Of a DNA stretch of 64,000 nt, positions 19,893 through 28,345 are shown in pieces (positions within the stretch are counted from its first letter, which is position 1; each line of letters begins with the position of its first letter). The stretch is from positions 124,001 to 188,000 of the IMG/VR virus record IMGVR_UViG_3300010389_000001. One strand, 5' to 3'. Made by a program: the position numbers and the translations under genes. The notes below the pieces were generated by a model. The model did not search any database, was not told the DNA's origin, and was given only the letters and a program-made list of their open reading frames with translations.

Positions 19893-20428
19893 AAAAGATT
19901 TCGTACAAGAATAAGGAGTACAAATCGAAAGCTCCGGTATCCGGCCCTCTGCCATCTGATATAGGCTCTGACGAGGATTATTCTGCTAATGCTCCAGGGA
20001 TTGGAAGAGGTTTGTCCATGCCGGGTGAAAAGGCTATACCGCTAAAGGATACGGATGAAAGCCGTGTCTTTTTAAAGAAAAAGGAACCGGAAGTTCCGCC
20101 TCCAGATCATAAGCGCATGCTGGATGTGTTTGTTGATCTTGCAGATAATCTGGATAAAAGTGGAGAATATGAGCTTGCTTCATTTGCGGATTTTCTTATA
20201 AGCAAAATAGCGCAGCAGAGGGACGCAGATTATGAGGCTTTGCTAAAAGACCTTATCGTAAAAATATCAAATTCTGATTTATTAAAGAAAAATAATTTAA
20301 TGATTAAAGTCGGAAGGTTATATAATGAAAAATTCTTAAGCCTTTATGATGAGCTTGGAGAGCAGGCCGCGCACAGAGAGGCTTATCAGTCGGCATTCAA
20401 ATTGGTTGAGCAGGAACTTGGAGTTTAA
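19889..20428 (+). CDS. hypothetical head-module protein with helical-hairpin module
   Basis: 179 aa; MKKISY start; ADNLDKSGEYELASFA. Confidence 0.75.
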   Translation: MKKISYKNKEYKSKAPVSGPLPSDIGSDEDYSANAPGIGRGLSMPGEKAIPLKDTDESRVFLKKKEPEVPPPDHKRMLDVFVDLADNLDKSGEYELASFADFLISKIAQQRDADYEALLKDLIVKISNSDLLKKNNLMIKVGRLYNEKFLSLYDELGEQAAHREAYQSAFKLVEQELGV

Positions 20429-20429
20429 G

Positions 20430-20729
20430 GTGAATAATAAACTAAAAAAAGAAGCTCAAATATTAGAAACAAATCCAGTTTATGTTGCCGAACAAATTGC
20501 AAGTATAATAAGAATTATGATCAACAATATGTCCCCAGATGTTAGGCAAAGATCTTTTTCGAATGTTAAAAATAAAATAAACGAATTTAATGTTTTGGAA
20601 ATCTCTAATAAGCGCGCACCAGGTGGGGCGGCCATAGGGGTTAGCCTTGGACTTATTAAGAATATCTTAAACGGAAAAGACCCTTACTTTATTAATACAG
20701 TTATTAGCGAACTATCGATTAGATTATAA
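20430..20729 (+). CDS. hypothetical head-module protein
   Basis: In-frame GTG at 20430 just after the upstream stop is preferred to ATG 20346. Confidence 0.65.
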   Translation: MNNKLKKEAQILETNPVYVAEQIASIIRIMINNMSPDVRQRSFSNVKNKINEFNVLEISNKRAPGGAAIGVSLGLIKNILNGKDPYFINTVISELSIRL

Positions 20730-20770
20730 TTTTTACTATTTTTTAGGTAAGTACTACATTTGGGGATGTT

Positions 20771-23029
20771 ATGAATAAAGTTTCTTGGCCATGGATCGGG
20801 ACAACAAAGCATGAGATGGGCTCTATGGCTCCTAAGGGTGACGCAGATAAGGATATTGCTCCGTTAAGTAACGATGGCTCTAGAGAGAATTCTTATGGCA
20901 CGCTAAATCCGTCCGTTAGTGCCCTAGGAGATGAGAACGCTGATGATGGTCATGAGTATGCCGGAGTATTCTTTCCATTGCATGATGATATTTTGGACCT
21001 GCAGGAGACAGAGTTTGAAGAACTTCAGTCCATCGCCTCGGAATTTATATCACATTTGCATAAGAATGCAACCATAATTGGCTGGGGACCCCAAGATGAT
21101 AAGCTGCTTTCTGCGGTAAAAAAGCAAGGCATAAATGTTATAGCCCTAAACAAGTCTGAGAAAGACGAGATAAACCTAAGTAGTTTCGCTGCAGTTAACT
21201 CAAGCATTATGTTCTATAAACATAGAAATAAATGTGATGGATTCTTTAACTCGAAACCATTTGAGACAAAAGAAGAAGCCAGAATATCTTTGGACAATAT
21301 ATACTCAAATCTTAAGCCCAAATCATATGCACTACTTTTATCTTCCTCTAATAATGATATTAATGATATTGTTAAAGAAGCTGGTTTTGAGATTTTAAGA
21401 AAATATAACGGAAAAATAAGCAAGCTGCTAGTAAAGAAAAATTCATTAAAAAATCGAGCGCTGATTAGGCATCATAATTCTGCTGATAACTCAGTTTCAT
21501 CCTTTTTGTGTGATATAGCAAAGTCAAATCAAGATAAGGTTACTGGTCTGCAGTCATACTCTGCCCTATCAAATGATTGCGGGCTCCTTTTTCCATATGA
21601 TAAGCCTGAAAACTTGACTTTCCATATGGGCTCCGTCAAGTTCCCTATCGACATAGCGTTTATTGATGAAGATAATGTTATTAAAAAAATATACTCTAAC
21701 ATCCAGCCTGGATCACTGGATCTGTTTACTTGCGCAGAAACAAAGAATGTTCTTGAAGTATGCGGCGGAATGACAGAGGCCCTGGGAATAAACGTTGGCG
21801 ATATGGTTTTTATAAATTATGACGAAGATTCAATGAATAAGCATGTATCTGTCGCCAATGACTTTACCACTAATTCTTGTGTTATAAAAACTTCATCAGC
21901 TTCTGATAGCAGCTTTAAAAAATTTGATAATTTCTCTCTAATAACAAGAGGTAATAACGATCGCTTTTTTAAGACAAATATACTAAAAACTGCATCAATA
22001 GAAGCTGAAAAAGAAGTCGCCGTATTTAGATTAAATGATTTTATATCAAAAGATAGCATTCCGTTTTATAGAAAAGTAAGCGATCTAGGTTCCGGAGCCC
22101 GTCTAGGACTCTCTTTATACTCAGAATCATTTCTTACATCTGGAGATCTAATAAAGGTTTCTGCAGAGGAATTTTACAGCAAAAGTTTTTATAAAAATAT
22201 AAGCAAAAATTACATGCCAAACTTGAGCGATATAATCTATGCTACCGGAAAAAATAACGGCAAACTGCTGAATAAAATGAGGAACTGCCTGGACGATGGG
22301 TATCAGCTGGCCTTTGTGTATTCCGGTGACTATGAGGCTGACCTCATAAAGGAAGCGATAGAAGTAGGCTTAAATTCAGGATATACGAGCAGTTGTACTT
22401 ACAATATATCAGACGCCGAATGTATGCGCATACCCTCAGGGTTTGGATACGAGAATATAGTCGACGCTGTTGGCGATAGATTTTTAAACAGGACCGCGCA
22501 TGTTATTTTGAATGATATAGAAAAGAGGGCCGGCATTCCTGTTGATAACGAAACTAAAGCCGCAGCAAAAGAGTGTATAGAAAAATTAGATATAGCTAAG
22601 AAATATGCCGCTAAGCTTCGAGACAATCTAGAGCAGAACCTTTCTGTTTACGAACGTCTTGTGCAAAAGCCGGACGTTATAAAAAATAGCGCAGGAGAAT
22701 ATAGCGAATCTTCTAAGCGTAACTCGGCTATTTGCAAAAAAGTACTGCTGAAAATAAAGGACTCAATAGGCATCCTAAACTCTATACAGGACATTTCCAC
22801 TACCGAAGAGGTAATCAGTTCTCTCGCGGACATATCCAAAGTATTCTCAGCTTCTGCGATTGAGGTGTTCGACTTGGTAGATTCTTTGGACTTAGATGAT
22901 TTCGTCACGAAACTTGGCGAGGCTACTGGCAAGTCTAGTGGGTCTACGGAAGATCTTCTTATTACTATAGATAGAGCAAAAGCTTATATAACAAAGGATA
23001 TATTGGGTATAATCATTCTTTCGGAGTAA
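20771..23029 (+). CDS. multidomain protein: degenerate SAM-methyltransferase-like region, DUF192 domain, helical C-terminus
   Basis: DUF192 signature DIA...GLQ...GLLF...FHMGSVKFPIDIAFID...VLEV...GINVGD (~21499-21815); upstream NLKPKSYALL/KEAGFEI. Confidence 0.75.
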   Translation: MNKVSWPWIGTTKHEMGSMAPKGDADKDIAPLSNDGSRENSYGTLNPSVSALGDENADDGHEYAGVFFPLHDDILDLQETEFEELQSIASEFISHLHKNATIIGWGPQDDKLLSAVKKQGINVIALNKSEKDEINLSSFAAVNSSIMFYKHRNKCDGFFNSKPFETKEEARISLDNIYSNLKPKSYALLLSSSNNDINDIVKEAGFEILRKYNGKISKLLVKKNSLKNRALIRHHNSADNSVSSFLCDIAKSNQDKVTGLQSYSALSNDCGLLFPYDKPENLTFHMGSVKFPIDIAFIDEDNVIKKIYSNIQPGSLDLFTCAETKNVLEVCGGMTEALGINVGDMVFINYDEDSMNKHVSVANDFTTNSCVIKTSSASDSSFKKFDNFSLITRGNNDRFFKTNILKTASIEAEKEVAVFRLNDFISKDSIPFYRKVSDLGSGARLGLSLYSESFLTSGDLIKVSAEEFYSKSFYKNISKNYMPNLSDIIYATGKNNGKLLNKMRNCLDDGYQLAFVYSGDYEADLIKEAIEVGLNSGYTSSCTYNISDAECMRIPSGFGYENIVDAVGDRFLNRTAHVILNDIEKRAGIPVDNETKAAAKECIEKLDIAKKYAAKLRDNLEQNLSVYERLVQKPDVIKNSAGEYSESSKRNSAICKKVLLKIKDSIGILNSIQDISTTEEVISSLADISKVFSASAIEVFDLVDSLDLDDFVTKLGEATGKSSGSTEDLLITIDRAKAYITKDILGIIILSE

Positions 23030-23033
23030 TAAA

Positions 23034-23249
23034 ATGTTTATAAAATTTAGCGATAAAACAAAGAATATCATGGTTAAAAGGGCATGTCCATCTCGCTCGG
23101 TTGCAAAGGGATCAGCCGAAGCTTGCAGGTGCAACCCTCCTTGTGGCGCAGAAAACGATGATGAGAACGCCATATATCTTGACGAAGAGGGCGAGGCTGC
23201 CGAAAAAGACATTCGTTTAAAAATATTAAAAGAATATGAAAATAAATAA
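23034..23249 (+). CDS. small hypothetical protein
   Basis: 71-aa ORF in operon. Confidence 0.6.
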   Translation: MFIKFSDKTKNIMVKRACPSRSVAKGSAEACRCNPPCGAENDDENAIYLDEEGEAAEKDIRLKILKEYENK

Positions 23250-23331
23250 TTTTTTTATATTTTTAACACAAAATTATTAAAAAACTAATTTTTATATAAT
23301 ATATGATTATATAATCAGAAGGTACCGTATT

Positions 23332-26300
23332 ATGTTTAAGAAAGTATGTTTTTCTCCCGGAAGCGATGTAAAAACGCATTCTAACGAGGAAATTAAGGCT
23401 AATCCAGAAATTGTAAGCAGATTTACAAAGCTTGCAAAAAATCTAAAAAGTATAGCCCCGAAGTCTGATGACTTTCTTTATTTCTCAATCATCTTCTTAA
23501 AGGCGGCAGAGTCTGCCCTGCTAGATGAAAAAGGAAGTATAAAGAAGGTTGGCAGCGAAGATGCGTGGGGATTCTTTGATGAAAACTGGAATTGGCACGG
23601 AAATGTTAAGCCTCATAGAAATAACAATAAAGATATTTTCCCGGAAGCACAGCTAAAGTTAGCCACGCCACTTTGGATTGGCAAACCACTGTGCAGGGAT
23701 CACGAGTCAAGCTCTGTTGATGGAATTCGCGGAATTATTCTAGACACTTATTACGACGAGAAGTACAAGCAGGTTGTGGGTCTTTGTGCCCTAGATAAGG
23801 TAAATTACCCTTCTCTTGCGGCCAAGGTGCAGTCTGGACTTGTTCGCTATGGATCTATGGGTACTGCCGTAGAAACATCAATATGTACTGAGTGTTATAA
23901 TCGTGCCAGAACTCAAGACGAATATTGTCAGCACGTCCTAACTCGCACCGCTCATGGCGAAATTAATGTTGGCCTAAAGCCAATAGAGTACAGCCTTGTT
24001 GTTACTCCTGCTGAGCCAGGTGCTGTTCTTCTAAAGTGTATAGCTTCACTAAATGAATATCGCCAAGAGTTTGTTAACTATGGCGTTGATGACGTGCCCG
24101 AGATGCTTGGAAAACTTTCTGAAAAACAAGCTCAACATCTAGAGGGAATAATGAAGACTGCCTGTGGCGATGATGGATGCTCAATAACTGATCGCAAAAG
24201 AATTGTCACAAGCTTTTTGAGTAACAATGGCTTGATGAAGTCAGCAGAGTTTACACCTGAAGAATTAAGAAATCTAGCTGAAACCGCACAAACAGCTTCT
24301 GAACTTCCTGATAACATCGGGGGCCCACTTTCCAAAAGCGTTCAGGATCTTATTTCAAATGATGAATCTCTTACTTCTGGTGAGCCGGCCGCTCCCCACT
24401 TAGATGCAGCGTCTACCAGCATAGGTCTCCTTGGTAATGCTGCTCCGTCCGAAGGGAATTCGGACTTTCAAACCGATGGAGACCTGTTAGCACAAACTCT
24501 TCCGCCCGAGCAAAATCTTGTGGCGGTAGAAGCAAATAACAAAAACGTTAATGTCAGAAATGGCTCTGACAATGACGTTGATTTTGATAATTTAACAATT
24601 AGTTCAATTTTGGAGGACATCATGAACGAATCAAGGTTAAAGAAGAGAGCTGAGCTTCGCCGCCGTATTGCTTACATGCAGGGTGGAGCCGAAGGCGCAG
24701 AGCCCAACACCTATAAGAGTGAGCCGTTTGCCTGGGACCACGACAAGCAGATGCATCAGGAGCATTCTGGAGACACCGGAATGATGGCTGACGATGCTGC
24801 AGTCAAGGAAAAGCTTAGCCGAGCAGAGCTAAATGAAAGAAGAATTAAGAGAATGGCTTACATGCAGGGTGGCTCAGAGGGAAGAGAGCCCAACACTTTT
24901 AAGAGCGAAGATTTCGATAGAAATCAGGACAAGCAGATGCATCAGGACGGCAATATGGGCGGCGACAAGGGAGCGTTCCCCGGTGATGTCGAGAAGAAAA
25001 CGATGATGAGCAGGGCTGATGACGCCGCACCAATGAGAAAGGCGGCTTATGATGGCCCGTCACTAAGCACACGCTTCCTAGTGAAGAGAAGCGGTGCCGG
25101 CTCTGTTGATAGAGCAAACTCTGTTTTTCAGGTATTTGCAGGAGACAAGAAGGTTATCCAGGCTAAGGCATCCGAGATTTTTGGTCCGGAGCTAAACGAC
25201 AACTGGGATTGGCTAAGAAGCCGTGAGTACGGCAAAGAGGTATGCAGCCAGATCAGAGAAGCTGGCCTTGCTACTGTAGCAAACCTTCTTAAGTCAGCCC
25301 AGGAGCTAGAGCTTGACGCTCCTGCTGGCGAGGCAGGCGCGGAGGCACCTCCCATGGAGATGGAGGCCCCTGAGCTTCCTCCGATGGATGATGCACCGAT
25401 GGACGACGCTCCGATGGACGACGGTGCAGGGGAAGAGGAAGAAAATCCTGCAGACGCCATTGATGGCAGACTTGCCACGATAGAGGACGCCATTGACGAG
25501 ATTAGAGATCTCGTAGATGAGCTTCAGAGTGAGACCGGAAATGTGGATGTAAACGTATTCACCGGGAAGGGCGGAGAGGATATGGTCGATACCGAGATGA
25601 CAGCCCTATCCAGAGAGCTTTTGAATGGCCTAAAGGTTGCGCAGGCAAAGCTTGACACATCCGCTGATGAGCTAGCCATGGTTGGCGAGACATACGAGAA
25701 TATATCCAAGCTCTCTTCCGCTCAGGTCAAGGAGTTTAGAAAGCTCGCAAATGAGGCAATCAGAGACGCAGATCAGCTCTCCGGTGAGGCAAGAGGCCTT
25801 GTAAGCCTTGCTACTGCAATGAAGGCGGATATGGCCCCCACGATGGAGGACGCCGCATCTTACGCTGAGGACATGGAGAACGAGGCTGATTGCGCCGCTG
25901 CTGACGACACCGAGGAAAGCATGGCAGACGACGGTGGAGTTGCAGAGCTTATCGCTGCAGCCATGGAGCTTCGCAAGGAAAGAAGAGAGGGCCTTCTAAA
26001 GCAGTCTGAGGACAGAGTTCTTTCGCAGCGCAAGCAGGCGAGAGAGGCAATTCTCAAGTCAGCAATGGAAGTGGTAAATGAGGATGAGGCAGAGGACAAG
26101 GTAATTGAAGAGGAGCCCACTCCAGATCCTAAGGCTGACGACGATGCCACGGCCGCCGACGCGCTTGAGAGTGTGGCATCAAACGATGGTGCTAGCGCGC
26201 TCAAAGAGGCTCTTGCTGCTAACATGAAGAAAGCAGAGGAGAGCGATGCAAGAGAAGCTTACAGAACCAAGCTAAGAAGAGCTTATGATGTTGGCCTAGA

Positions 26301-26544
26301 TATGCAGAGAAAGGGCCTTCTTCCCACGACGAAGACTGCTCTGGACCGCCAAGTTGATGAGATCATGGACTTCGACGACAAGGCTTTCGAGTCATTCAAG
26401 AGAAGCATTGCTAGCGCAAGACCCGTAAGAAACGTCAAGGTTGCATCAGACCTAGGCGGTGTAAACATTGGAGTTGAGAGCGATGCAGGCCAGCAGGCAT
26501 CATCACCCATGACCGCAGACGCCCTCTCATCTCTCTGGGAGTAA
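23332..26544 (+). CDS. prohead maturation protease (assemblin/HK97-type) fused to scaffold
   Basis: NNNKDIF...GKPLCRDH (H124)...GSMG (S175)...EYSLVVTPAEPGA, then long acidic coiled-coil region; upstream of the capsid genes. Confidence 0.8.
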   Translation: MFKKVCFSPGSDVKTHSNEEIKANPEIVSRFTKLAKNLKSIAPKSDDFLYFSIIFLKAAESALLDEKGSIKKVGSEDAWGFFDENWNWHGNVKPHRNNNKDIFPEAQLKLATPLWIGKPLCRDHESSSVDGIRGIILDTYYDEKYKQVVGLCALDKVNYPSLAAKVQSGLVRYGSMGTAVETSICTECYNRARTQDEYCQHVLTRTAHGEINVGLKPIEYSLVVTPAEPGAVLLKCIASLNEYRQEFVNYGVDDVPEMLGKLSEKQAQHLEGIMKTACGDDGCSITDRKRIVTSFLSNNGLMKSAEFTPEELRNLAETAQTASELPDNIGGPLSKSVQDLISNDESLTSGEPAAPHLDAASTSIGLLGNAAPSEGNSDFQTDGDLLAQTLPPEQNLVAVEANNKNVNVRNGSDNDVDFDNLTISSILEDIMNESRLKKRAELRRRIAYMQGGAEGAEPNTYKSEPFAWDHDKQMHQEHSGDTGMMADDAAVKEKLSRAELNERRIKRMAYMQGGSEGREPNTFKSEDFDRNQDKQMHQDGNMGGDKGAFPGDVEKKTMMSRADDAAPMRKAAYDGPSLSTRFLVKRSGAGSVDRANSVFQVFAGDKKVIQAKASEIFGPELNDNWDWLRSREYGKEVCSQIREAGLATVANLLKSAQELELDAPAGEAGAEAPPMEMEAPELPPMDDAPMDDAPMDDGAGEEEENPADAIDGRLATIEDAIDEIRDLVDELQSETGNVDVNVFTGKGGEDMVDTEMTALSRELLNGLKVAQAKLDTSADELAMVGETYENISKLSSAQVKEFRKLANEAIRDADQLSGEARGLVSLATAMKADMAPTMEDAASYAEDMENEADCAAADDTEESMADDGGVAELIAAAMELRKERREGLLKQSEDRVLSQRKQAREAILKSAMEVVNEDEAEDKVIEEEPTPDPKADDDATAADALESVASNDGASALKEALAANMKKAEESDAREAYRTKLRRAYDVGLDMQRKGLLPTTKTALDRQVDEIMDFDDKAFESFKRSIASARPVRNVKVASDLGGVNIGVESDAGQQASSPMTADALSSLWE
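24670..24946 (+). repeat. two ~30-aa coding repeats, 186 nt apart, in protease-scaffold
   Basis: AYMQGGAEGAEPNTYKSE...DKQMHQ and AYMQGGSEGREPNTFKSE...DKQMHQ. Confidence 0.9.
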
Positions 26545-26553
26545 GGAGATATC

Positions 26554-27093
26554 ATGCATAGTTTAAAATCAAATGGCGATTTCTTAGCGCAGGAATTTGC
26601 AAAAATTCTTGGAGTAAAGCAGGATGGCATTGAAAAGTCAGCAAGCCTAGAGGGCGCTCCTGTCGACGCAACCGTTGAAGCGGCAGCTGCTGATAGTGCT
26701 CTTGAGAACTCTGCGGAAGACAAAAGCCTTGAGGATGACATTGCTGATATGCTAATCGAGCCCACAGATGAAGGGGCAAATATGGCCTCTGACTCTCTCG
26801 ATGAAGCGGTAGATGAGCTTAATGCTTACGACGGGCTAGACGACAAGCATGCAAAGATTATGCTTGGCCTAAACAAGATCGCAACAAGTCTCCGAGGAAA
26901 GGACGAGTCATTTGCTGCTGATGTTGTCGAGGCAACAGCCCTTAGCATCATGGACGATCTAAAGAAGGAAGCTGCAAGAAGTAACTTTGTATGTGACCAG
27001 CTCAGCAAAATTGCTGCAGATCTAGATGCTTCTGGAGATGATTTTTCTGCTGATATGGTAAGAGTAACTTTGTCTAGAATAAAGAACTCATAA
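26554..27093 (+). CDS. acidic head-module protein with two helical-hairpin modules
   Basis: KIATSLRGKDESFAADVV and KIAADLDASGDDFSADMV. Confidence 0.8.
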   Translation: MHSLKSNGDFLAQEFAKILGVKQDGIEKSASLEGAPVDATVEAAAADSALENSAEDKSLEDDIADMLIEPTDEGANMASDSLDEAVDELNAYDGLDDKHAKIMLGLNKIATSLRGKDESFAADVVEATALSIMDDLKKEAARSNFVCDQLSKIAADLDASGDDFSADMVRVTLSRIKNS

Positions 27094-27133
27094 TAGGGTT
27101 ACTCTAGCTAGACTAGCTTGTTTTCAGTATAAT

Positions 27134-27164
27134 AAGGGGAGGGATTAAATTCCTCCCCTTTTTT
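27134..27164 (+). terminator. intrinsic terminator
   Basis: AAGGGGAGG...CCTCCCCTT followed by T run. Confidence 0.8.
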
Positions 27165-27216
27165 ATTAATAATATATAATGTAATGTGCATATGTTATAT
27201 AACTGGAGAATTTTAA

Positions 27217-27909
27217 ATGCTTAAGGTTATTCACACTGGAAACGCAATGCCTATGAGCTTGTCAGTTGATCCAACCGCAGAGTTTGAGCCAGGCATGTTT
27301 GCTCAACTGGGATTGATTGGAAATGATATCGTAGCAGGCATCAGTGATGGGACAGCACCCTTAGGAATAATTGATGATGTTAGAACAACAGCTTTTACAA
27401 AGCCCCAAGTAGATGAGGCCGTAATAGTTGACGCACAAGGTTCTACGATTGATTCAAATGGCAAAAGAGTCAGCGTTGTTGATGTTACAGGCGTTCTTGA
27501 ATATCCAAATATCATAGAGAACAGCTTTACCTCAACTATATCTGTTATTTTGAACGTCGTCAATGGCATTATAACGATACCTGCTGGCACCGAACTAAAC
27601 TATGATGCTGATGGCGATGGCGAGAATGATAGCTTCAGAATCATAACTAATTACATTTATAGAATTGCCGGAAAACCTGGCGATGACACTACAATCGGAA
27701 GCGGAAGAGTCACCATACACTATCAAAGAGGTATCTACGCGACCGACCAGTTTGATACCACTCAGGTTTATCCAATTAACTGCACCCTATTTGTTGGTCT
27801 AGACGGAAAGCTAACTTCCGCTCAGCCCACGGACACTCACCCTGGGGTCGCACTTTGCACCGGCCCTCCGTCTGCAGCGATTGGAACTCTTGAGTTTATG
27901 CTCTTGTAA
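27217..27909 (+). CDS. probable capsid decoration/cement-like protein (paralog 1)
   Basis: Beta-rich, Gly-rich; shares motifs with 30389-30997. Confidence 0.55.
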   Translation: MLKVIHTGNAMPMSLSVDPTAEFEPGMFAQLGLIGNDIVAGISDGTAPLGIIDDVRTTAFTKPQVDEAVIVDAQGSTIDSNGKRVSVVDVTGVLEYPNIIENSFTSTISVILNVVNGIITIPAGTELNYDADGDGENDSFRIITNYIYRIAGKPGDDTTIGSGRVTIHYQRGIYATDQFDTTQVYPINCTLFVGLDGKLTSAQPTDTHPGVALCTGPPSAAIGTLEFMLL

Positions 27910-27915
27910 ATTAAA

Positions 27916-27923
27916 CTACTAAT
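27916..27923 (+). promoter_or_regulatory. candidate late-promoter motif CTACTAAT
   Basis: Intergenic, ~30 nt before ATG 27953. Confidence 0.45.
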
Positions 27924-27952
27924 TATTGAAAAAATAAAAGAGAGATTATACA

Positions 27953-28345
27953 ATGAAAAATCTATGGAGCAAAGAGGATCTGGCTAACTTCAATAATAGC
28001 GAAGTTTTCTCTGAATTAGAGGCAAGAGTTTTAGATACAATAAAGCGAGCCGACATTCTTTCCGCAAAGATTGCGCAGGAGACTGCCCAGCAGAAGGCTG
28101 ACGCCTTTAAAAATCTGGCTAATTCTGCAGAATTAGCCGCTAGCTCCGTTGAAAAGCTTAACAAAGCTATTATGTCTGCTGATGACGAAGAGCTTGATGA
28201 TGAAGATGATGCGGCATTTGATGGCATTGTGGAAGAGCTAACTTCTATGGCAAAGCTTGCAATAGATCAGGGAGATTATAAGCTTGCCTACAGAATAGAG
28301 CGCACAATAGATGAGATCTTGGAGCCAGAAGTAAAATGCGAATAA
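27953..28345 (+). CDS. hypothetical head-module protein
   Basis: 130 aa, acidic linker, C-terminal helical hairpin. Confidence 0.75.
   Translation: MKNLWSKEDLANFNNSEVFSELEARVLDTIKRADILSAKIAQETAQQKADAFKNLANSAELAASSVEKLNKAIMSADDEELDDEDDAAFDGIVEELTSMAKLAIDQGDYKLAYRIERTIDEILEPEVKCE

Noticed and set aside
20346-20429. ATG 20346 start for the 127-aa ORF
   Set aside because: Overlaps the upstream gene by 83 nt; GTG 20430 right after the stop fits operon packing better
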